Positions 39,459 to 49,480 of a stretch of DNA of 64,000 bases are shown here, piece by piece. The notes under the pieces were generated by a model. It saw nothing but the letters and a program-made list of their open reading frames with translations. It was not told the DNA's origin and ran no database searches. A program made the position numbers and the translations under genes. Each line of letters begins with the position of its first letter. Within the stretch, counting starts at the first letter, position 1. Source of the stretch: Candidatus Krumholzibacteriota bacterium (lineage in GTDB: Bacteria > Krumholzibacteriota > Krumholzibacteriia > JAJRXK01); the NCBI GenBank assembly GCA_963727455.1, contig CAVSGG010000010.1:32001-96000 (forward strand). Reading direction: 5' to 3'.

Positions 39459-40577
39459 GTGCGTAGACTCGCCTTCTTGCGTCCAATTACCTACTTGCTC
39501 CCGCTGTTCTTGCTGATGGCGATGCCGAATCCGGCATCCGCGACGAAGTACGCCGGTGCGTTCATGGCCGACGGGGGGGGAGCCCGGGCTCTGGGAATGG
39601 GGAGCGCTTTCGTGGCGGTGGCCGACGACGCCAGCGCCACCTTCTTCAATCCCGCTGGACTCGCCGGTCAGGAAAAGCGCAGCCTTCTCATCATGCACAG
39701 CGAGCGCTTTGGCAAGCTCATCAACCGGGACTTCGCGGCCTACGTTCAGCCGCTGGGGGGCGACGCCGAGCAGACTCTGGGTCTCACCGTCATCCGCCTG
39801 GGGCTGGACAACATTCCCTTCACGGCCGGCCTCGTGAGCGTGCTGGATGATCCGACGAACGGCGGCAACGGGAATGGTGTGTTGGACGACGACGAGGCAG
39901 CACGCATTTTCCAGTTCCGCGACCAAATTCAGTACAAGAGCGATCAGGAATGGGCGTTCATGGGTTCGTATGCGCGCAAAGCGGGCGCTTGGCGCGTTGG
40001 GGGCAACATCAAGGTCATCCGCCAGAGCATCGCCGACTACAGCTCCTTCGGCCTGGGAATCGATCTGGGAGTGTTGCGCAGAAACTGGTGGAAGAGACTC
40101 GACGTGGGTGTGAAGTTCCAGGACGCCACTTCGACCTACCTATCTTGGAGCACGGGCACCAACGAGACCATCGCGCCCGTTCTGGTTCCCGGGGTGGCCT
40201 ATGATTGGGTGATCCCCTCTTGGAACCTGAGCATCCTGGCCAGTAGCGCCTTGGAGACTCACTTCGACAATCGCAATGGGGACATACCCGAGGGCAGAGA
40301 CGCCAACGGGGTGAGCGGAGCCGATCAGTTCTCCTGGAGCGGCTTGGGCATGTCCAGTGTCAGCTCAAACCTCTACTTGGGTCTGGAGCTCTCGATGAGT
40401 CATCGAGTCGATTTGAGGGTGGGAAGCCACGGCGGTTTCGGAAGCGAGGACTGGACTTTCGGGGCCGGTCTGGATCTGCGCCCCCTGCGCGTGGACTACG
40501 CCTTTGCGGGTGACGAACTCCAGCTCGACTCGTCCTCCGGTTTCACGCACCGCGTGAGTCTGGGAGTCAGCTTCTGA
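39459..40577 (+). CDS. PorV/PorQ-family (FadL-like) outer-membrane barrel
   Basis: GARALGMGSAFVAVADDASATFFNPAGL; terminal THRVSLGVSF; GTG after GGGGAGG. Confidence 0.8.
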   Translation: MRRLAFLRPITYLLPLFLLMAMPNPASATKYAGAFMADGGGARALGMGSAFVAVADDASATFFNPAGLAGQEKRSLLIMHSERFGKLINRDFAAYVQPLGGDAEQTLGLTVIRLGLDNIPFTAGLVSVLDDPTNGGNGNGVLDDDEAARIFQFRDQIQYKSDQEWAFMGSYARKAGAWRVGGNIKVIRQSIADYSSFGLGIDLGVLRRNWWKRLDVGVKFQDATSTYLSWSTGTNETIAPVLVPGVAYDWVIPSWNLSILASSALETHFDNRNGDIPEGRDANGVSGADQFSWSGLGMSSVSSNLYLGLELSMSHRVDLRVGSHGGFGSEDWTFGAGLDLRPLRVDYAFAGDELQLDSSSGFTHRVSLGVSF

Positions 40578-40587
40578 GAGGATCACG

Positions 40588-41199
40588 GTGAGCATCACCG
40601 CTCCGCGAATTCTCGCGATCACCCCGGCGGATCAGGATCCCATGCAACTGCGCGAACTGCTTCCCGAGCTTTGGGGGCTGGTGGACGCGGTGTATCTGCG
40701 TTGGCCGCGCCTGAGCGCGCGTGCGTGTTACTTCCATGCTCGCTCGCTCGCGCAAGGACCGCGGCGTCCCGCTCTTATCCTGAACGAACGCGCGGACATT
40801 GCTGTGCTCAGCAGAGTGGAGGGAGTTCAGCTGCGGGACGACGGGATCGCGCCGTGGAAGCTGCCTGCCTCGCTGCGTCCTTCCCTGGTGGGAGTGAGCC
40901 GACACGATGCGAGGGGACTGCGTAGGCTCGAGGGAGCCGACTACGCGCTGCTCTCACCCATCTTCAGCACCGACAGTAAGCCCGGCGCGACTCCCTTGGG
41001 GCTCGGGCAGCTGCAGATTCTCGCGAAGGAGACCAGGACCCCCCTGCTCGCTTTGGGGGGAATCCGGCCGGAACACGTGGAATCGGTCCTGGACTCCGGA
41101 GCCCACGGAGTGGCGGTGCTCAGTGGCATCCTGGGCGCGTCCGATCCAGCGGCGCGCGCCCGAGAGTACCGAGAAGCGCTCCTTGCGGCTCTGCGGTAG
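40588..41199 (+). CDS. thiE: Thiamine phosphate synthase/TenI family protein
   Basis: LILNER, GVSRH, SPIFSTDSKPG, LALGGI, GVAVLSGI. Some catalytic positions are divergent, so it could be TenI-like. Confidence 0.7.
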   Translation: MSITAPRILAITPADQDPMQLRELLPELWGLVDAVYLRWPRLSARACYFHARSLAQGPRRPALILNERADIAVLSRVEGVQLRDDGIAPWKLPASLRPSLVGVSRHDARGLRRLEGADYALLSPIFSTDSKPGATPLGLGQLQILAKETRTPLLALGGIRPEHVESVLDSGAHGVAVLSGILGASDPAARAREYREALLAALR

Positions 41200-41229
41200 G
41201 ACCACGACGGGCACGAAAGGTGTGGCCGC

Positions 41230-43170
41230 TCAGTTGGGCATCATCTCGCGAATCTGCAGGCGATCACCCGGGAAGATCCGAGACTTGCTGTTGAGATTGT
41301 TCCAACGCAGCAAGTCGGTGAGCTGGATGCGAAAGCGGCGGCTGATCGCGCTGAGAGTGTCTCCCTTGCGCACGGTGTAGCTCGTCGCCGTCGAGTTCGC
41401 GGCCGCGAGCAAGCTGGCTCCCTCGACTTTCTTACCCTTCGGGACGTGCAGAACGAGTTTCTGCCCCGGATAGATGCGGTCGTGGCGAATGGAGTTGATG
41501 CGGCGGATCGAGGTGACCGTGCTCCCACTCTTTCGGGCGATGGCAACCAGCGTATCGCCGCGACGCACTTTGTAAGACCATGCCGCCTGATCCGGTGGAG
41601 GCGGAGCGAGAGAGGCCCGAGAGGACCGGTGAGAACTCGTCTCCGCGATCTGCACTCCACGCGGATAGGGGATGGTCAATACGCGACCCGCGCGGATGCG
41701 GCGGGCGTTGCTGATGCCGTTGATCTGCATGATCGAATGGACCGAAGTGTGATAACGGCGCGCGATCAAGCCGAGGGTTTCGCCCCGACGCAGACGGTGC
41801 TTGCGCCAGGTGATGCGCTCGTTCTCGGGAATCTTCGCCAAGGCCTCCAAGGCGCCATCCGCGTCGCCCGCGGGTACGCGCAGACCATAGTCCTTGCGTC
41901 CGGGAGGCGTGACGCCGGCCAAGAGCTGCGGGTTGAGCGCGCGCAGGGCCGAGGTCGAAATTCCGGTGGCCTTGGAGACCTGGGTGAGGCTGTAGGCGTC
42001 GTCCAAGGACAATCGATCGAAGCTGAGAGGTTCTCCCTCGATGCCGTCGAAGCCGTAGCGCCCGGGCTCGCGCACGATGCGCGCGGCCGCGATGAACTTG
42101 GGCACGTACTCTCGCGTTTCGCGCGGCAGGCGCATGGTCCAGTAATCGGCCTCCCCCGAGAGCCCGATGGCGCGCTGGATGCGGTACTCCCCCGAGTTGT
42201 AGGCGGCGAGCGCGAGGGCCCAGTCCTGGAACATCCGGTGCAAGAGGGCGAAGTGTTTGGCCGCGGCTCGGGTGGACATCTCGATGTCCCTGCGTTCGTC
42301 GATCCACTCGTCGACCTGCAGACCGCGGTGGCGCGCGGTGCTGCGCATGAACTGCCACCAGCCCACGGCACCTGCGCGACTGCGAATCTTGGGCTGCAGC
42401 CCGGATTCGATCATGGCCGCGCACACCAACTCGCTGGGTAGATTCTCTTCCTCCAGAATGGACGCCATGGTCGGGCCGTAGCGCTGGTAGCGGGCCAGCC
42501 AACGGCTGAACTGCGGGCGCCCGCGGCCCTGGTAGTACTGCATCCACTTCTCGACCTTGGGATTGTCCACCGCCAAGAGGGCATCCAGCGAACCCGAGTC
42601 GGGCTCGCTGTCCTGCGGCAGGAGGAACTCGGGAAGCCCGTAGCGGGTCTGCAAGCTGTCGTAGACATCGTCCAGGCTCTGGTCGATGGGAGCGTAGCTG
42701 TCCTTGAAGAAGCGCTCTTCGGCCAGAATCTCGCTGTAATAGTCCAGCTTGCGTCTCAGCGAGGAAAGATACAGGACGGCTAGGCTGTCGTCGTCGGAGG
42801 CCTGGATGCCGTCCAGTCCCTGCTTGAGCAGGAGGAAGTGTTCCTCGGCCAGATCGAGCTTGTTCTGGCTGTAGGCCTCGCTGCCGTGGCGGTAGAGCTC
42901 CTCAAGGGGCGTGAAATCGGGATGCGAGCGCAAGATCTTGTCCTGCAGGCTCTCGTCCACCATCGCCGGCGCCTCGATCGTGAGGGAGTCCGCGAAATCC
43001 AGGGTCGAATCGTCTTCCGTGGAGGCGTAGAGGGCCTCCGCGTTCAACGCGGGGCGCGGAGCGGGGGTCGAAGTTGCGCAACCGCTAGCCGCTAGCGCAA
43101 AAATGAGAGCCAGTCCCAGGAGGGAGGGGCGTGAGACGAAGAGTCCGTGTCGTAGCGCAAAATTTCCCAT
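41230..43170 (-). CDS. mltD: MltD-type lytic transglycosylase lipoprotein with LysM repeats
   Basis: Lipobox ASGC; IESG, GWWQF, ALAAYNSG, PRETREYVPK; three C-terminal LysM domains. Confidence 0.88.
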   Translation of the reverse strand: MGNFALRHGLFVSRPSLLGLALIFALAASGCATSTPAPRPALNAEALYASTEDDSTLDFADSLTIEAPAMVDESLQDKILRSHPDFTPLEELYRHGSEAYSQNKLDLAEEHFLLLKQGLDGIQASDDDSLAVLYLSSLRRKLDYYSEILAEERFFKDSYAPIDQSLDDVYDSLQTRYGLPEFLLPQDSEPDSGSLDALLAVDNPKVEKWMQYYQGRGRPQFSRWLARYQRYGPTMASILEEENLPSELVCAAMIESGLQPKIRSRAGAVGWWQFMRSTARHRGLQVDEWIDERRDIEMSTRAAAKHFALLHRMFQDWALALAAYNSGEYRIQRAIGLSGEADYWTMRLPRETREYVPKFIAAARIVREPGRYGFDGIEGEPLSFDRLSLDDAYSLTQVSKATGISTSALRALNPQLLAGVTPPGRKDYGLRVPAGDADGALEALAKIPENERITWRKHRLRRGETLGLIARRYHTSVHSIMQINGISNARRIRAGRVLTIPYPRGVQIAETSSHRSSRASLAPPPPDQAAWSYKVRRGDTLVAIARKSGSTVTSIRRINSIRHDRIYPGQKLVLHVPKGKKVEGASLLAAANSTATSYTVRKGDTLSAISRRFRIQLTDLLRWNNLNSKSRIFPGDRLQIREMMPN

Positions 43171-43335
43171 CGTGCCCTGCGAGGTCGAAAGTTGACTGTC
43201 GAAAAGGTGATTTGGTCACACCCTAAGGTTTCCTACGGCGAAAGGGCAAGGAAGCTTTGTGCCGAAGCGGAGCTCCGGCTGTGTTAAGATCAAAGTGTCG
43301 GGGCGGGACAGATCGCATCGCGCTGGATCGACATC

Positions 43336-44649
43336 ATGAGGCATCAGCTGCAACGCGTTGACTTAAAACAATTTCTGGAATCCGAGGTCCCCCTGGAGTG
43401 TCTGCGGAGCGGCCTGCGTGCGCAGGTCGGGACCGCACTCGCCGAGGGGGAGGAGCTGTACGCGCTCACCAGGCGCGTGGTGGCAGAATTGCGCGAGTTG
43501 GGTGTCCTGCGTCCAGTGGGACGGCTCCGCGAGGGTCGGCAGAATGTCACGCTCTACGCGGTGGAAGGCTCTCCGCGCGCCTACGACCTGCGGCCACTCA
43601 TGGAGGCGCCGTCGAGCGCGGGCCGCGAGCCAAGCCCTGCGCCCTCGGGCGAGACGCACGAGAATCCTGCGGGGACGCCCGCCGCGCCGCCGTCGGTGGA
43701 AGGCGGAGCCGATGCGGCGGAGCCCTCGGTGAGGGCCCTGACCCTCGCCGCCATCCGCGGCACGTACCAGCGCGATTGGATCAGCTACGGCCTGGATGCC
43801 AGCCTGGAAAACCTCATCCGGGCCCTGCGCAACTCTCTGAGCGATCCCACCCTACGCCTCTTGCTCTGGGGCGAACGTCTCCCCCGCCAACTCGGCCAGG
43901 GCCGGGGATGGCAATTGGCGACGCGCGGGGACAGTTTGAGCCTGGCTCTGGAGCGGGCGCAGGCCGGCGCCCTTCCCGCCGGAGGGATGGTGGCCGAGGG
44001 ATCGCGCTGGTATCCGCTGTGGCTCGACGACCAGCTGGTAGGAGCCTTGGGTGCCGACCCCAAACTCGATCCCGAGCTGGTGGAAGAAGCGGCAGGCGCG
44101 GTGGAGGATCTGATCGCCGCGGTGGGTCGCAGCCAACGCCGCGTGTTCAACGACCCGCTGACCGGCGTGCACAACCGCGGCTTCTTCGATCGACAGTTCT
44201 CAGTGGAGATGGAGCGCAGCCGTCGCTCCGGTCAGCCCTTGGGTCTGCTCTTCGCGGACCTCGATCACTTCAAGGGCATCAACGATGAATACGGCCACGA
44301 GGTGGGAGACATGGTGCTACGCAGCGTGGCCTCGTTGCTCGTCGCACAGTTGCGTCGCATCGACTACGTCTTTCGCTACGGTGGAGAGGAGTTCGCGATT
44401 CTGCTGCCAGGAACCGATCTGGATGAGGCCGTGCGCACCGCGCGACGTCTGTGCAGCGCAGTGCAGGCATCCGAGCTCAGACTCGAAGGCGGTGCTAACT
44501 TGCATGTGAGCCTGAGCATCGGGGTGGCGGTGTTTCCCGAACACGCGGAGGACGAGCGCGTGCTGATGCGGCGCGCCGACCTCGCAATGTATCAGGCAAA
44601 ACAGGAGGGTCGCAATTGCGTGCGGCTGTGGGGGAGCAACGGACCCTGA
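43336..44649 (+). CDS. Diguanylate cyclase (GGEEF)
   Basis: DPLTGVHNR, DLDHFKGINDEYGH, RxxD I-site (RRID), RYGGEEF, AKQEGRN. Confidence 0.92.
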   Translation: MRHQLQRVDLKQFLESEVPLECLRSGLRAQVGTALAEGEELYALTRRVVAELRELGVLRPVGRLREGRQNVTLYAVEGSPRAYDLRPLMEAPSSAGREPSPAPSGETHENPAGTPAAPPSVEGGADAAEPSVRALTLAAIRGTYQRDWISYGLDASLENLIRALRNSLSDPTLRLLLWGERLPRQLGQGRGWQLATRGDSLSLALERAQAGALPAGGMVAEGSRWYPLWLDDQLVGALGADPKLDPELVEEAAGAVEDLIAAVGRSQRRVFNDPLTGVHNRGFFDRQFSVEMERSRRSGQPLGLLFADLDHFKGINDEYGHEVGDMVLRSVASLLVAQLRRIDYVFRYGGEEFAILLPGTDLDEAVRTARRLCSAVQASELRLEGGANLHVSLSIGVAVFPEHAEDERVLMRRADLAMYQAKQEGRNCVRLWGSNGP

Positions 44650-44769
44650 GCGCACGGAGCCAAACTTGGATGCGTTCGCGCACGCGCCGCACTATTCTTT
44701 GCCCTAACTCTCTCCGCGTCCCCTTTTCCATCGCCAGTCTCCCCGCAGCGGCCGCGGCGGTCGCTCGCC

Positions 44770-46977
44770 GTGCAACCGCTCTGGTGTCTCTTCCTGGGCA
44801 TTCTCTTGGGGCACGCCGTAGCGGGTCCGCAGATCGAACTCTGCGCGCGAGCGGTGGCGCTCGCGACCTTCCTCGTCCTGAGCTTTGGGGAAGCTCCCCG
44901 GCGCCGCGTGTGGGGTTTGGGACTCCTCTTGGGCCTGGCCGGCGGCCTGCGTCTGCAGGCGGAACTGCATTCGCTCGGGCAGTGGGACGGCTTTTCGGGA
45001 ACGGCGTGCGTCATGGTGGCGCGCAGCACGCCGCAGAGAACCGAAGTCTGGTTGAACGCACCAGAACTTCCGCCGGTGCGCGCAGTGGCGAGTTCGCTCC
45101 ACGGAATCCGGGCGGGGTCGAAAGCGCGCGCAGATCTGCGAAGCTGGCTGCCGAAGGCGCGACGGAATCCCGACGACACCGATCGTCTGCGCGCCGGCCT
45201 TGCGCGTCCGCCGATCCTGCGCGTGAAGTTCTTGCGATCTCCCCAGTGGCAAGAGCCCGCGAACCCGCGAGAGAAGGGGCCGCGCGAATGGTTGCGCCAA
45301 GCGCTGCGCACACGATTGAAAAAGACGATGGGCGAGGGAAGTGCCCTGTGGTCCGCCCTGCTCCTGGGCGATCGCACGGATTTGAGCGAGGGCGCGCGCG
45401 CGCGTTTCCGCCGCTTGGGTCTGGCCCACATGCTGGCGCTCAGCGGACTGCACGTGGGACTGGTGGCTCTGCTGCTTCTGCGGCTGAGCCGAAGAAGCCG
45501 GCGGAAGGCGAGCGGCTGGATCCTGCTCCCGCTCGGCGCCTGGGCGGTCGCGGCTGGCCTCTCGCCCTCGCTGCTCCGCGCGGTGACGATTCTGGCCTGG
45601 TTGATCGCAGGCAGAAGCTTCGGGCGTAGGTGCAGGCCGGTCGATGGCCTGGCCGCCGCGGGGATTCTGGAACTTCTGCTGCGTCCGGAGAGCGTGGTGG
45701 CGCTGGGTTGGTGGTTGAGTTACGCCGCGACCCTCGCGCTCTTGCGGGTAGCGGAGCACCTGCCACGAACGCGCGCGCTCGCCGCTATGGTCGCGGTGAC
45801 GGTGGCTCCCCTGGGCACGCTCCCCTGGACCCTGGGGGTTTTCGGGCGGCTGCCGCTGGCGGCGCCGCTGTGGAACTTGCTCCTGGGTCCTCTCTTCGCC
45901 CTGCTCATGGGTGCCGGCTGTCTCCTGGTTCTCGCCGCACTCCTCTTGCCTGTAACAGCTCCAGCAACTCTAACGATTCTAGCTATTTGTACGCATACCT
46001 TCGGGTATCTTCTGAAACTCGTGGCGGGGCTGGATCCCGGGGGGCTGGGCCATCCCGGTCTGCATGGATGGGCCTGGATCCTCGCCCTCGGGAGCGTGGG
46101 GCTTCTTCTGCTTCCCGATCTGCGCTTTTCCTTCCGGCGCCGGCTGATGGTGGTGGGTTGCCTTCTGCTGCTGGTGCACGCCCGGGTCCTCTTCGCCCCG
46201 GGGGCGAGCTGGTGGAGCCTGGATGTGGGGCAGGGGGACGCAGGCGTCCTGCGCGTGGGCCACGGGGACTGTCTGGTGATCGACTGCGGTCCGGGACCCT
46301 GGCACGGCGGACCGGAACGGGTGATCGTGCCCTACCTGTCCCGGCGCAATCTGAAGGGTGCGTCGCTGGTTCTGACTCACGGTCACCGCGACCACTACGG
46401 GGGAGCGATCGCGTTGCTGCGTTCGCAGCGCATTCGGGATCTCTATCTGGGGGTGGTGGAGAGAGGGCGCCCGTGGACCGGGCCGATTTTGGAAGCCGCG
46501 CGCCGCGCGCAGGTCACGACGCATTGGATCGCCTGTGGCGACTCGCTGAAGGTGGGTGGATGGACTCTGCACTGTCTGTGGCCCTCGGAAGCGGCTGCGA
46601 GCTTGAGCGCCAACAACCGCAGCGTGGTGCTCAGAGGCGGGCCGGACTTCGCGCCGATCCTGTGGACCGGCGATCTGGAGCGGGAGGCGGAGGCGAAGCT
46701 ACTCGCGCGAACGCCAGAGTTGCATTGCGAGGTGTTGAAGGTGGCGCATCACGGCTCGAAAACCGGCAGCTCGAAGGCCCTGCTCGAGCGGCTCTCGGGG
46801 AGCGTCGCCCTCATCTCCTGCGGAGTGGGCAACCGCTATCATCACCCGCACGCGGCCACTCTTCAGGCTCTGCGGGAGCTCGGTTGGCGAGTGCTACGGA
46901 CGGACCGACAGGGGGCGGTAGGGCTAAGGTGGTGGGTCAAGAGCCTGGAAGTTCGCAGTGTGGGGCCGGCGCCTTGA
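44770..46977 (+). CDS. comEC: ComEC/Rec2 DNA uptake channel
   Basis: GLAHMLALSGLHVG, SPSLLRA, LDVGQGD, THGHRDH, TGDLE, KVAHHGS, NRYHHPH, RTD. Start is uncertain. Confidence 0.88.
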   Translation: MQPLWCLFLGILLGHAVAGPQIELCARAVALATFLVLSFGEAPRRRVWGLGLLLGLAGGLRLQAELHSLGQWDGFSGTACVMVARSTPQRTEVWLNAPELPPVRAVASSLHGIRAGSKARADLRSWLPKARRNPDDTDRLRAGLARPPILRVKFLRSPQWQEPANPREKGPREWLRQALRTRLKKTMGEGSALWSALLLGDRTDLSEGARARFRRLGLAHMLALSGLHVGLVALLLLRLSRRSRRKASGWILLPLGAWAVAAGLSPSLLRAVTILAWLIAGRSFGRRCRPVDGLAAAGILELLLRPESVVALGWWLSYAATLALLRVAEHLPRTRALAAMVAVTVAPLGTLPWTLGVFGRLPLAAPLWNLLLGPLFALLMGAGCLLVLAALLLPVTAPATLTILAICTHTFGYLLKLVAGLDPGGLGHPGLHGWAWILALGSVGLLLLPDLRFSFRRRLMVVGCLLLLVHARVLFAPGASWWSLDVGQGDAGVLRVGHGDCLVIDCGPGPWHGGPERVIVPYLSRRNLKGASLVLTHGHRDHYGGAIALLRSQRIRDLYLGVVERGRPWTGPILEAARRAQVTTHWIACGDSLKVGGWTLHCLWPSEAAASLSANNRSVVLRGGPDFAPILWTGDLEREAEAKLLARTPELHCEVLKVAHHGSKTGSSKALLERLSGSVALISCGVGNRYHHPHAATLQALRELGWRVLRTDRQGAVGLRWWVKSLEVRSVGPAP

Positions 46978-47002
46978 CGCTGCCAGAGGGCAGCCTTATG
47001 CT
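46974..47002 (+). promoter_or_regulatory. Putative sigma70 promoter of purC-purH-guaA
   Basis: TTGACG-N17-TATGCT. Confidence 0.6.
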
Positions 47003-47050
47003 GCCGCCGCGCACGCGCGGGATCTCCCCAAGTTTCGAAAGAGACAGAGC

Positions 47051-47962
47051 ATGAATGGCCCGTTTCCGACCCTGGTCCGCTGCGAGGAGCTCGGACTATC
47101 GCCGGATTACCGCGGAAAAGTCCGCGAGATCTTCGAACTCGGTGACACCCTCCTCCTGGTCGCCACCGACCGCATCAGCGCCTTCGACGTCATCATGAAC
47201 GATCCGGTTCCCGGCCGGGGCGCTCTCCTCACCCAGATGACCCTCGCCTGGTACGATTACTTCGGCAACTCCTTGAAGCACCACCTGATCCACGGAAATG
47301 CTGAGGATTTACCGGAACCTTTCCGGCGCCACGCGGATCGCCTGCGTGGACGCGTGATGCTGGTGCGGCGCGCCAAGCCTCCCGAGCTGGAGGCGGTGGT
47401 GCGCGGCTATCTGGCCGGCAGCGGACTGCGCGACTATCAGGCGAGCGGGGCGGTCTGTGGCCACCAGCTTCCGGCGGGCATGGGGAATTCCGAGAAGTTT
47501 CCCGAGCCCCTCTTTACTCCGGCCACCAAGGCCAAGAGTGGTCACGACGAGAACATCGACGAAACCCGCGCGCGCAAGATCCTGGGCGAGCGGGGATTCG
47601 AAGAGGTACGCGAAAAGAGTCTGTGGATCTACGGGCAAGCCAGCCGCATGGCCAAAGAACACGGAATCATCATCGCCGATACGAAGTTCGAGTTCGGGCT
47701 AGTGGAGGGAGAGTGGATCCTCGTCGACGAACTTCTGACCCCCGACTCCTCGCGCTACTGGGATGCACAACGCTATCAGCCCGGAAGCGAGCAGGACAGC
47801 ATGGACAAGCAGATCCTCCGCAACCACCTGGCGACTCTGGATTGGGACAAGAGCTATCCACCGCCGAAGCTGGATTCCGCCATCCTGGAGCGCACCTACG
47901 AGGTCTATCTCGAAATCTTTCGTCGTCTCTTCCCAGAGCGAGCCCGGGAGTGTGGAGCTTGA
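47051..47962 (+). CDS. purC: SAICAR synthetase
   Basis: GKVREI, TDRISAFD, VRGYLAGSG, FTPATKA, ADTKFEFG, DELLTPDSSRYW. Confidence 0.96.
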   Translation: MNGPFPTLVRCEELGLSPDYRGKVREIFELGDTLLLVATDRISAFDVIMNDPVPGRGALLTQMTLAWYDYFGNSLKHHLIHGNAEDLPEPFRRHADRLRGRVMLVRRAKPPELEAVVRGYLAGSGLRDYQASGAVCGHQLPAGMGNSEKFPEPLFTPATKAKSGHDENIDETRARKILGERGFEEVREKSLWIYGQASRMAKEHGIIIADTKFEFGLVEGEWILVDELLTPDSSRYWDAQRYQPGSEQDSMDKQILRNHLATLDWDKSYPPPKLDSAILERTYEVYLEIFRRLFPERARECGA

Positions 47963-49467
47963 AGAACCAGGCGAAAGCGCTCTTGAGCGTGACCGACAAG
48001 CGCGGTCTTCCCGCGCTGGGGAAAGCGCTCAACGAACACGGCTACGAGTTGCTCGCCTCGGGCGGCACCGCCAAGTGTCTGCGTGAGGCGAATCTCGCGG
48101 TCACCGAAGTGGCCGAGTACACCGGACAGGCCGAGATCCTGGCGGGCCGGGTGAAGACCCTGCACCCCGCGATTGCGGCCGGGATCCTCGCCCCGCACGA
48201 GAGCGATCTTCAAGGCACCGGCTTCTCCGCCATCGATGTCGTCGTAGTCAATCTCTACGACTTTCAGGGCGAGCTGAATCGTGGGGGAAACGAAGAGGCC
48301 CTGGTGGAGTCGATCGACATCGGCGGTCCCACGCTGCTACGGGCCGGCGCGAAAAACTTCCAACGGGTCACCGTTCTCAGCGAACCGGATTCCTATCCCG
48401 CGTTCGTCGAAGAGATGCAGAGACACGAGGGCGGAACCTGTCGCAAGTTTCGCCGTCGGATGGCGCAGAGGGTGTTTCGGCATACCGCGCGTTACGACGC
48501 GCTGATCGCGGAGCATCTCTTCGCTGAGGGCAGCGAAGCGGCGAACGCACATGAGCTGCGCTACGGGGAGAATCCGCATCAGAAAGCCACCTGGAGGGTG
48601 CGGGGGGGAGGGGAGCTGGGTGAGCTCGGGCTCACTCTGCACGGAGGCAAGGAACTCAGCTACAACAACCTCGTGGACCTGGTGGCGGCCCTGAAGCTCG
48701 CGGTCGATTTGCCGCGCAATGCCTGCGCGGTTCTCAAGCACACCAATCCCTGCGGCGTTGGGCTGGGGGATACACCCTTGCGCGCCTTCGAGCGCGCGCT
48801 CGCCGGCGATCCGGTCTCGGCCTTCGGCGGAATCGTGGTCTTTCGCCGCGAGGTGGATGGCCCCACCGCCGCGCGGCTGAAGGGGATGTTCTTGGAGGTG
48901 GTGGCCGCGCCCTCGTTCGACGCAAGCGCGAGGGAGATCCTGGCCAAGAAAAAGAAGCTGCGCGTTCTCAGCGTCGATCTCGCCCGCTTCGCTGCGAGCA
49001 CGAGAGAAGTGGAGCGCCGCTGGGGCCGCCTGGTGCTGAGCCAGGAGGAGGACGAGAACTTCCCCGAGCTCGAGCGTTGGCAGCAGGTGGCGGGACCCGC
49101 GCCCTCCGAGGACATCCTTGCCGCAGCGCGCTTGGCCTGGGTGGTGGCGAAGCACGTGAAGAGCAATGCGATCGTGCTCGCCGACGCGAGCGGAACTCTC
49201 GGGATCGGAGCGGGGCAGATGAGCCGCGTGGATTCCTGCCGCCTCGCGATCGAGAAAGCGCACGACGCCAAGATGGAGCTAGCGGGATGCGCGGCGGCCA
49301 GCGACGGCTTCTTTCCCTTTCCGGACGGCCCCACCGTTCTGGCCGAAGCAGGGGCTGCCGCCATCATCCAACCCGGCGGGTCCATTCGCGACGAAGAGGT
49401 CGTGCAGGCGGCGCAAGAGTTGGGCGTGTGCCTTTTCCATACCGCGGTAAGACACTTCCGTCACTGA
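47959..49467 (+). CDS. purH: Bifunctional AICAR transformylase/IMP cyclohydrolase
   Basis: TTG start overlapping purC stop; ALLSVTDK, GRVKTLHP, IDIGGP, LRYGENPHQ, KHTNPCG, GQMSRVD, QPGGS, RHFRH. Confidence 0.96.
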   Translation: MKNQAKALLSVTDKRGLPALGKALNEHGYELLASGGTAKCLREANLAVTEVAEYTGQAEILAGRVKTLHPAIAAGILAPHESDLQGTGFSAIDVVVVNLYDFQGELNRGGNEEALVESIDIGGPTLLRAGAKNFQRVTVLSEPDSYPAFVEEMQRHEGGTCRKFRRRMAQRVFRHTARYDALIAEHLFAEGSEAANAHELRYGENPHQKATWRVRGGGELGELGLTLHGGKELSYNNLVDLVAALKLAVDLPRNACAVLKHTNPCGVGLGDTPLRAFERALAGDPVSAFGGIVVFRREVDGPTAARLKGMFLEVVAAPSFDASAREILAKKKKLRVLSVDLARFAASTREVERRWGRLVLSQEEDENFPELERWQQVAGPAPSEDILAAARLAWVVAKHVKSNAIVLADASGTLGIGAGQMSRVDSCRLAIEKAHDAKMELAGCAAASDGFFPFPDGPTVLAEAGAAAIIQPGGSIRDEEVVQAAQELGVCLFHTAVRHFRH

Positions 49468-49480
49468 GAAAGGACGACGA

